Part shown: in pieces, positions 54,581 to 64,000 of the stretch
How the letters are laid out: the number at the start of each line of letters is the position of its first letter
How positions within the stretch are numbered: position 1 is the first letter of the stretch
DNA from: Octopus sinensis
Lineage: Eukaryota
Reading direction: 5' to 3'
Length of the DNA stretch: 64,000 bases
Assembly: GCF_006345805.1 (NCBI RefSeq)
Contig: NC_043012.1
Location: 37,386,001-37,450,000 of the forward strand
The notes under the pieces: generated by a model
What the model was told of the DNA's origin: nothing
Seen by the model: the letters and a program-made list of their open reading frames with translations, nothing else
The model's database searches: none
Made by a program: the position numbers and the translations under genes

Positions 54581-54967
54581 ATTGTGGAGGTGCAATGGCC
54601 CAGTGGTTAGGACAGCGGACTCGCGGTCGTAGGATCGCGGTTTCGATTCCCAGACCGGGCGTTGTGAGTGTTTATTGAGCGAAAACACCTAAAGCTCCAC
54701 GAGGTTCCGGCAGGGAATGGTGGTGATCCCTGCTGTACTCTTTCACCACAACTTTCTCTCACTCTTACTTCCTGTTTCTGTTGTACCTGTATTTCAAAGG
54801 GCCGGCCTTGTCACTCTCTGTGTCACGCTGAATATCCCCGAGAACTACGTTAAGGGTACACGTGTCTGTGGAGTGCTCAGCCACTTACACGTTAATTTCA
54901 CGAGCAGGCTGTTCCGTTGATTCGGATCAAGCGGAACCCTCGTCGTCGCAACCGACGGAGTGCCTCC
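54581..54967 (+). mobile_element. Near full-length tRNA-derived SINE (family D) with 10-bp target-site duplication
   Basis: A box TGGCCCAGTGG, B-box-like GGTTTCGATTCC; flanked by acatcgcaac at 54571-54580 and 54968-54977. Confidence 0.85.
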
Positions 54968-55072
54968 ACATCGCAACCTCGTCTTTACTATGTCTTCTCG
55001 AAGGATGTTTGCCGTGCTGGAATTAGGAAAACGGTTTTTGGTAGAAGGTATAAGAACAAGACAATCGTTTAC

Positions 55073-55192
55073 CTGCGTTCATGTGTTTGTCTAGAATCAG
55101 TTGAAGCTCGGAGGATTTTTCCTCGTACATCTGTGACTCAACAGCCAAGAGGACATACTCATCCATCAACATACGGATGAGGTGGACAGAAG
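55073..55192 (-). CDS. RFX6: RFX6-like coding exon (end of dimerisation domain)
   Basis: cttctccactgcag acceptor and CAG|gtaaac donor; 120 nt, phase 1 to 1. Encodes (A)SVHLIRMLMDEYVLLAVESQMYEEKSSELQLILDKHMNA; compare RFX6 [37 protein letters not shown], which is closer than RFX4 or RFX1-3. Confidence 0.95.
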
Positions 55193-55906
55193 CTGCAGTG
55201 GAGAAGATCGTTTGATGTAGATAAGGAGAAAAAAAGAAAACAGAAAAAGATACATATATAAGAGAAGGATAAATAGAGAGATACATAAATATATACATAC
55301 ATAATTACGTACACACACTCATATGTACACACACATATACATATGTGTATAAGTATACAATATATGTGTATGTATATGTATGTGTGTGTATATGTGTGTG
55401 TGTGTGTGTATACACACACTCACACATACATATACATATGCATATAACTCTACAATATATGTGTATATATATAATATATGTATACACACATTCATACACA
55501 CAGGCACACACACACGCACACGCACAAACACATATGTCTTGTGTGATTCGATCCCACTGCATGGTACCTTGAGCAAGTCTCTTCCTTCATAGCCTAGATT
55601 CGGCCAAAGTGAAGTGGGTGAAATCTGGTGATCAGAACATGTATGGAAGCCCGCCAAGAGACAGAATTAACCAGAATCTCGGTGAATCACCAAAAGACCA
55701 TCAAATGGACACTGCGGTTCCTTTAGTAATTTCCACTCTGTTGCAAACACTTAGACCAGATCTTCCGTCAGATGGACCCTTCCTCCCAACGTCATACTGG
55801 TCACAGAGACACTACATAGATCAGAGAGTGACCCACTTCCTTCTCTAACTAGGCCCGCAACCAATTAAGATTAATCAGGTCCTGTGTTTTGTCAATTAAT
55901 AAATAT

Positions 55907-56310
55907 AGGCGCGGGAGTGGCTGTGTGGTAAGTAGCTTGCTTACCAACCACATGGTTCCGGGTTCAGTCCCAATGCGTGGCACCTTGGGCAAGTGTCTTC
56001 TACTACAGGCTCGGGTCGACCAAGGCCTTGTGAGTTGATTTGGTAGACGGAAACTGAAAGAAACCCGTCATATATATGTGTATATGCGTGTATATATGCT
56101 TGTGTGTCTGTGTTTATCCCCTCCCCAACATCGCTCGACAACCGATGCTGGTGTGTTTACGTCCCCGTAACTTAGCTGTTCCGCAAAGGAGACAGATAAA
56201 ATAATTACTAGGCTTACAAAGAAGAAGTCCTGGGGTCGATTTGCTCGACTAAAGATGGTGCTCCAGCATGGCCGCAGTCAAATGACTGAAGCAAGTAAAG
56301 AATAAAAGAA
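55907..56310 (+). mobile_element. tRNA-derived SINE family B (full length, internal TA/TG tract); other copies at ~15976-16322, 17811-18150, 20624-20992, 22609-22770, 24900-25372, 42870-43045, 46430-46805, 49290-49685
   Basis: Head ggcgc(a/g)ggagtggctgtgtggtaagtagcttgc...ggttcagtccc; tail cagcatggccgcagtcaaatgactgaaacaagtaaa. Confidence 0.85.
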
Positions 56311-56531
56311 TACCGGAATGTGTCCGTTTGTACGTATGTGGCGTATAATACTGTGAAGATTCTTCTTATGAAAGTAAAGGTGAAAAACAAAGAATACAGA
56401 GAGTAAAATAATGACGTCACAACCACATATACCCTCTTTCATTAAGTTGCATGTAAGAAACAATTAATAGGAGCAGTAATTAACCTTGCCATCATATAAT
56501 GATGTCGGAGAAAGAATTTGATGACACTCAC

Positions 56532-56649
56532 CAAAACTTTGCGCGTTACTTAGAGTCAAGTTGTGCATAACTCGAGCTCCGAAGAAAGACCATTTTAAGA
56601 GGAATTCTTGAGCACGTTTTTTAAACGACCGTCCGTTTTGCTTGCTTGG
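56532..56649 (-). CDS. RFX6: RFX6-like coding exon (dimerisation domain)
   Basis: tattttag acceptor and G|gtgagt donor; 118 nt, phase 0 to 1. Encodes [39 protein letters not shown], nearly identical to the RFX6 segment [39 protein letters not shown] (recalled). Confidence 0.96.
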
Positions 56650-56869
56650 CTAAAATATATTTTAGGAAAAAAGAACAAAAAAACAAAAAAATTAATTGAC
56701 ATCTTTCAACAAATTCACAAATGTTTTATCAAAAGGATGCAAATATAGAAACCATTTCATTTTGATGTTTTTCGTGGATCGAAATACGGGGATAATATCT
56801 GGGAAGCATTTACCCAGTTCGCCTCTTCTTTGAACAATTTGTGTCAGGAACGATGAAGGACAGGTCACA

Positions 56870-57478
<609 letters not shown>

Positions 57479-57979
57479 AATATTTGAAATCAATATTCCT
57501 CTTATTTTCGTTTCTCCTTTCTTATTTCTTTTATTCTTTCGTCTTTTCCTTTCTTTTTCTTCACTTTCTTCTCTATTTCGATTTCATCTCCTTGTTTTTC
57601 TACATTTCTCTTCATTTCTCTGCATTTTCCCACTTTTTCTTCCATTATTTTACTTCCAAAACTTTCCATTTTTGTAATTCTTCCATTCATCCATTTCATA
57701 TTTTCGTTCTACTGTTTGTAACAAACTAAATATCTTAATCACTTTTAACCACAATAACTAAGCCATCTCCCCCTCTCCCTCCCCCTCATCAAAATATTTA
57801 AAAAATACCGACCTATACTTCTCCATCACTTCAAAATTCTTCGGATTCCGATCACCAATCAAAGTAATAATCTATCTTGATTCTGTTATAAAGTCCTCAA
57901 TTATAATTTAACCAATCAAAATTTAGCTGAACCAGAAGTGGTGGTGGTCGTGGTGGGGGAGGGGCACATGTGAACTTAC

Positions 57980-58074
57980 CTTAACAACTTTATGCTCCAC
58001 CACAGCATCAAGCCACTCTGTGAATGCCTCAACTGTCGCCTGTTTCCTCAGCAGTTCTTTAAATTCTTGTAGAA
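57980..58074 (-). CDS. RFX6: RFX6-like transcription factor, coding exon (dimerisation region); first exon identifiable in the window
   Basis: ctgtctctttcag acceptor and AAG|gtaagt donor; 95 nt, phase 1 to 0. Encodes [31 protein letters not shown], matching vertebrate RFX6 as I recall it ([31 protein letters not shown]). Confidence 0.93.
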
Positions 58075-61000
58075 CTGAAAGAGACAGAATCATCGCCAAT
58101 ATTTATATAATGATCTTGCTTTGTCCAAATATATCAACTGATGGCTAAAAGAACTTAATATAGCGATCTGTTTAACTAATTTGGTAAAATTATAATCGTT
58201 GTAATTACACAGTTTCAAAAACAGCAACCAGCGCGCTATTTCCTGGAGAAGATAGGTCTGGAACCCAGACAACCAAAGAAAACCACCAAGGAAATAGGCA
58301 GGGCAGCTGAAACTAGCTCAAGATGGCTTTGGTTGATAAGAGGCTGCAAGTGGAACTCTTCTGTAAATGAAGACTAGCTCAGGCCTCATCGCTCCACTCA
58401 GTTGAATGTGGAGACGCGTGGTTTGGTGGTTAGGGTGCTGGACACATGATCGTAAGATTGTGGTTTCGATTTCTGTACAGGGCGGCCCGTTGTGCTCTTG
58501 AGCAAAACACTTCACTTCATGTTGCTCCAGTCCAGTCAGCTGGCAAAAATGAACAATCCTGTGACGGACCGGTGTCCCGTCCAGGTGGGGAATTTACACG
58601 TCATAAAAGCCGGGAAACCGGCCCTTATTAGTCGGCATGATTCGAAAAGGTAACTTTTTTTAAAGGGAACACTCAGGTGAAGTGTACAGACTAAGAAAGG
58701 AAATGCTTGTGACCCCGAGATACCGGTTGATGATATGAAAGGGATTCCAGCATTGTGATGGGTTTAAAAGAGAAACTCGTAAAATCTCCGAGAAGCTCCT
58801 GCAGTTTGTGCCTGGGTCAAAGCATCTCTGTTCTTTGTTTCATCAACCTATCGATCTTATTTTGTCCAAATATATCAATTGATAGTTAAAAAGAATATAA
58901 TATATCGAGCTGGTTAATTATAATTCTTGTAATTATAATTACATAAGTAGCGACCATTTTAATTACTTATCACTTGGTATTTGTCTGTTAGTTTGGTTGG
59001 GGAAGACATATCAGGAAACAGTGAGTTTGAGAGAGAGAGAGACAGAGAGAAAGAGAGAGAGAGAGGAGGAAAAGAGAGAGGAAAGGGTGAAAGAGAGGAA
59101 GAAGAGGGAGAAAGAGAGAGAGGGCGAGAAAGAAGGTGTGGAAAGGGGCAAGAAGGAGAGTAAGAGAGGTGTGGATGAGAGCAAGAAGGAGAGTGGGAAG
59201 TAGTATAACTAGCAGAATTAAGCTCAGTATATAACTGGTATGCATGTATGAATCTATGAAATAGCAGTGAGAAATAAAGATGAATTAGATGGAATTTGAT
59301 GTTGTAGTAAATCTTGGCACCAGAAACTGTAAACAGCCCAAACCATTTCTTTGTTATTTGCGTCTATCCAAATCGCCAAATCGCCCTCGCAGGCATAATA
59401 CAATACAATTATCAAAAAAATCAGTAAAAATAATTTCGCTGAAGAAGTTTTGATGATCTAAATCAGGAATGTTATCTTTTAAAAATAGAATAAAAATCTA
59501 ACTCAGTCTGAAGGTGCCAGGAAGTTTGGTTGCCCGGAGGAGAGAATTATCATTTTTTGGATACAATTCTTTATGGTCCTTACTTTCCGTCGAAATACTT
59601 GCTTCTGAAGCTTCACATTTACCCCGCCCCTTCCCTCAACCATGTTTACTGACACCTCCAAACGCTCTTAAGAAATTTCTAGATGACACTAAATATCTTT
59701 TTATTACCGCTTTCATTCAGCCTTTTCGGAGTCTAAATGTTTCTATTAAAAATGAAGAAGATCCTTTATTACAAAAGCCGATAGCAACGTTAAGTTATTC
59801 TCCGATATACTTCATCCATAGTAGCAGTGTTACTGAACTTCGAGACTTCTTTCTTATTTCTTCTCTGTTTCTGTTCTTGACAATGGGCTACACTGTCCAA
59901 AGCATTAAACTCACCGCCGGTTCCTCCTTACTGCGTAAAAATTAATTACTTTATACACATGCTAATTTTTGCTGGTTTTCTTTCTGGGATTTGTTTTGGA
60001 ATATCATTATCCCATTGACGTGAATATTATCACCGAATTACACCGGACTGAACTCAGAATATTATCAAATAATTTAGAATGTAGAGTTTTACTTCTTGAC
60101 TCCAAAATCCCTTGGGTTATATAAACAAACATAACACAAAAGGTAACAGCATTATAAATATATTTTAACGAAGCCAAAATATGTTTCATAAAATTCAGTT
60201 ACTGTTTTCATTTAACCACAGGTCAGGTCTGATCAAGCAGACCTGTAATCAAAGGCATTTTAACTGTGGCCACCCCGTCTGAACTTTTTCACGCATATAT
60301 TTCTAGGGCTATATTATCTAATATGTCTTTTATCTTTTTAAAAAGCGAAGATTATGGGTTGAGAAAGATTTGGTTGCTATTTGTAGCTGGGCGAGTGGTC
60401 ACACAAAGGCTCCCTTACTTGCGCAAACAAAATACAACCACTGTTGAAGCTCCTAATTACACAAATCTATAATCAAGGACAATCTAGCCTTGACCATCTT
60501 CATATCCTTTTCATGTACTGTGTAAACAAGAACAAATTATTCAATTTGTTTTTCCGCCCTGAAGACGTTATTTGGTAGAGCTTTGGCTACTTTTTCTAGC
60601 AAGTCTGGCGGCCACGAAAGTGTTACTTTATGAATTAGCAAGTGAAGGAGAAAGAGAACCCAGAAATGCTCTCAGGGCCTTTGTGGCCAGTGCGATGAAA
60701 TTAACTTCTACGCAGAGACCTGGCCTAGGGTGAGGGATCAATTCTACGACCCAAGAACCGTAAAGATCCTTTTGACAGTTTTCTTAACAGTCTCTAGTTT
60801 CTGTTCACCTGATACTGCTAGCATCCCTTTAGTCTAATAAAAGCTATGATATAAGACACTTCCTCCAGGCTCCATGCTGTGGGACCGAACATCAGACCAC
60901 GGTGATACGAAGGTATTTTATTATAACGAAATCTAAGTCAGTAGATGAACAAATTTGGGACTAAACAATCAAGGACCTGAGCAAATATTTGTTGATGCAG

Positions 61001-62154
61001 CAACTAATTGTGGTTTCAGGGTTCAATCTCTCTGCGAGTACCCTAGGGCAAGCGTGTTTCACCACAGCCATAGGTCAACCAAAAACTTTGTAAGTAACAT
61101 TGGGTAGATGGAATCTGTATGGCAGCCCATCTGAGGGGTAACTCCAGTTCTTGGGTGCTAGATTTAACTAGTTGCCTCGTTTAAAATCATCCCCTGGCCT
61201 TTGGGTGCTGTTATAGGAGTACGTCCTGTTGCAAGTATTAGGGTCTGGCTTCTGGTTTGAAGGTAGCTTCCTTTCTCCAACAAGTCTCGCAAACCCTGAA
61301 AAGCATCTAAGGCACTGCCCTTTCTCCTCAATCTTTGAGCCTGCCAAAATGCCAATGGGCGCGCAATGGACACTGATCTTTCTCTTATTAGTCTTTCAGA
61401 CCCCCAAGAGACTCTGAGACATTGTTTTCTGGCACCAGCCTCGCAGGCGTCCAAAAGAGTCATAAGCACCGTCCTTTCTCCCATCAGTCTTGTGGCTTCA
61501 CAGAATGACCATGGGGAACATACATCCTCCTCTGACTAAGCAAAAAATTAAAAAAAGCTAAAAAAAGCTATAAAAAAAGAAAAAAAAAATCCTCATTGAG
61601 GATTTGAGTAAATTTAATTTCTTGATTGATAAAATAATTAATTTGTATCGATTGAAATTAATATATTTCTAGCGAAAATATTCCCCAATTTTTATTTCTG
61701 TATTGAATGAAATGCCAGACTCTTGTTTATTTACATCGAGTTTTCCTCGAGGGATTTTATGGTCTTGTGATACGTAGACAGGAACGGAAATGTTAAAATA
61801 CATTAGCTTTGATGTGTTTTATCAAGCTCTATTTTCCCAGCAGGGGTCAGCTGATAAACATAGAGCCTCATGGGATAGATTCTTGTTTTTTTTTTCTCTT
61901 AGATGGCCTTCACTATTTCTCTGACAGCCCGACGACCTTTCTAGAATCGACAACAGCAATGGCGGCGCGTAAAGGTCAAAACAAGAATTTAACAAACAAT
62001 GACTAACATTTAAAGATAGAAACAAAACGTAAAACCATGCGAGAAACAGTTATCAGTGATATATTCATTATACCATTATTCCATATCACACACCATGAGA
62101 TATTGTGATATCAATATAAGGATACATACATAATAATGGAGCATATATATATAT

Positions 62155-62223
<69 letters not shown>

Positions 62224-62315
62224 CATACATACATACATACACATGCATGTATGTATATAGTTATATACAAACATGCCATGTATTTGTTCTATCAGTTTTT
62301 GGCATGAGTATCGCC

Positions 62316-62347
<32 letters not shown>

Positions 62348-62349
62348 CA

Positions 62350-62384
<35 letters not shown>

Positions 62385-62397
62385 GTATATATATATA

Positions 62398-62455
<58 letters not shown>

Positions 62456-62884
62456 GCATACGCATACGAGTATGTGTATAGGTAGTTAACTATATGTATA
62501 TGTGTATATATATGTAACAATACTAATAACGAAAATACTAGCACAAAGCGCGCGCGTGTATATACATATATATATAGTTAGGAATCTAATTTGATTACTA
62601 AACGTATTTTTAGTTCCGATGTGAAAGTATATTGACCTCAATTTATATACTTCATGCTTTGCTTCACATATACACATTCATTCACAGACACACACATATA
62701 TACATGTACACACTCACAGCCATATATACAACATATACATACTCTCACACACATATACTACATATACGTATAAGTTTTGTTATACAAACAAAAAAAATCG
62801 AAGTCAATAAGACTGAGTATATATGTATGTATGTATATATATATACATATACATACATATATACACATAAATACATACATACAT

Positions 62885-62933
<49 letters not shown>

Positions 62934-64000
62934 AATGTATATATATATATATATTATATATAATATATATATATATATACATATCTACATATATATACAT
63001 ATACCTACATATATACACACACACACATATATACGAATACATACAAACATGCACAGATAAATATGTGTATTCATATATGTATGATATATATATATGTGTG
63101 TGTGTGTTTGTGTGTATATATAAATGCATATATATACGTGCATATACACCTACTGTTAAACGCGAAGTTATAGTGATTCTAGTGCCTAGAGTTTGTGCCA
63201 ACACATTTACACGAAACACAAGGCCGTGGAGTCACTACAGTTTCTTCGCTAAAACAAATACATATATACAAACACACACACAAATATTATACTATATATA
63301 TATATGAGAAAAGTTATACATATACAACCTCCACACACACGCACATACATACACATATACACACACGTATATATGTGTGTAGATAGTACTGAATAGCATA
63401 TGGTAGATATATGTTTATTTAGATGATGGCACTTGCAAGACTAGTTGCGTTTCTTTTCATTTTAATACAATCAGTGTACACTCCACACACACACACACAC
63501 ATTCTGAGGATTTCGAAGCTAGAAAGAAACACAAGTCTTGTTAGTACCTTCATTTGAATAAGCACAAATCCATATTCACGTAATCTTCTATTCCTCCATC
63601 TGTCATTCCAAGCTTCAAAGCATATATACATGCATATGCACATACGCATGGACGTAGAAGGGAACTTTCGAAAATTTCTAAGCCTAATCACGTGATCATA
63701 CCCTACTACTAATCAAATTGTCTCCTAAACAGATACTAATTTGACCTACGTTCTTTTTATAAAAAGAAGAAAATTTTCAAACTCCCGTGAAAAGGAAGAC
63801 AGTTGCGACAAAGCCCCACGTCTTTCTGTCTAAACGTTTGAAAATAATAAAATCTATGAAACCGGTTAAGTTTTCAAAATAAACAAACTTAAAGCCTACC
63901 AGTGCATTTTCAACTTTTTTTCTATATTTCTACTCGTGTGGATTAAAATAACTTTGTTTTCTATACATATATTCAAAGAGGTTATACTTACATTCTGCGT

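Noticed and set aside
54586-54660. tRNA-like sequence (and similar heads at 42222, 55907)
   Set aside because: These are SINE heads that continue into SINE bodies, not free-standing tRNA genes.
61164-61484. ORF with LDACE...LRVSW reminiscent of an RTE C-terminus
   Set aside because: Too degenerate to call by eye; needs a profile search.

Overview
AT-rich, microsatellite-dense animal genomic DNA. The SINE/LINE repertoire looks like that of Octopus (inference). The only host gene I can support is the 3' half of an RFX6-type transcription factor gene on the minus strand. It has eight coding exons from 58074 down to the stop at 34441, all with canonical AG/GT sites and matching phases, giving about 490 aa: the end of the RFX dimerisation region plus the long C-terminal tail ending LPPINSVFLS*. 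The DNA-binding domain exons lie beyond the right edge of the window. One exon is present twice in tandem (39576-39803 intact; 40239-40465 one base short). The rest of the window is tRNA-derived SINEs of at least four families, fragments of RTE, Tx1/L1-like and Penelope-like retroelements, a mariner end, MITEs and long (TA)n/(CA)n/(CATA)n/(TAT)n/(ATCT)n tracts, which produce nearly all ORFs in the supplied track. The most unusual signal is a ~295-bp foldback in the last RFX6 intron whose two arms each contain a minimal type I hammerhead-ribozyme-like motif. The copy on the transcribed strand is mutated in the catalytic core. A further hammerhead-like motif and a nested-palindrome element lie in another RFX6 intron, and a perfect palindromic X-box lies downstream of the gene.
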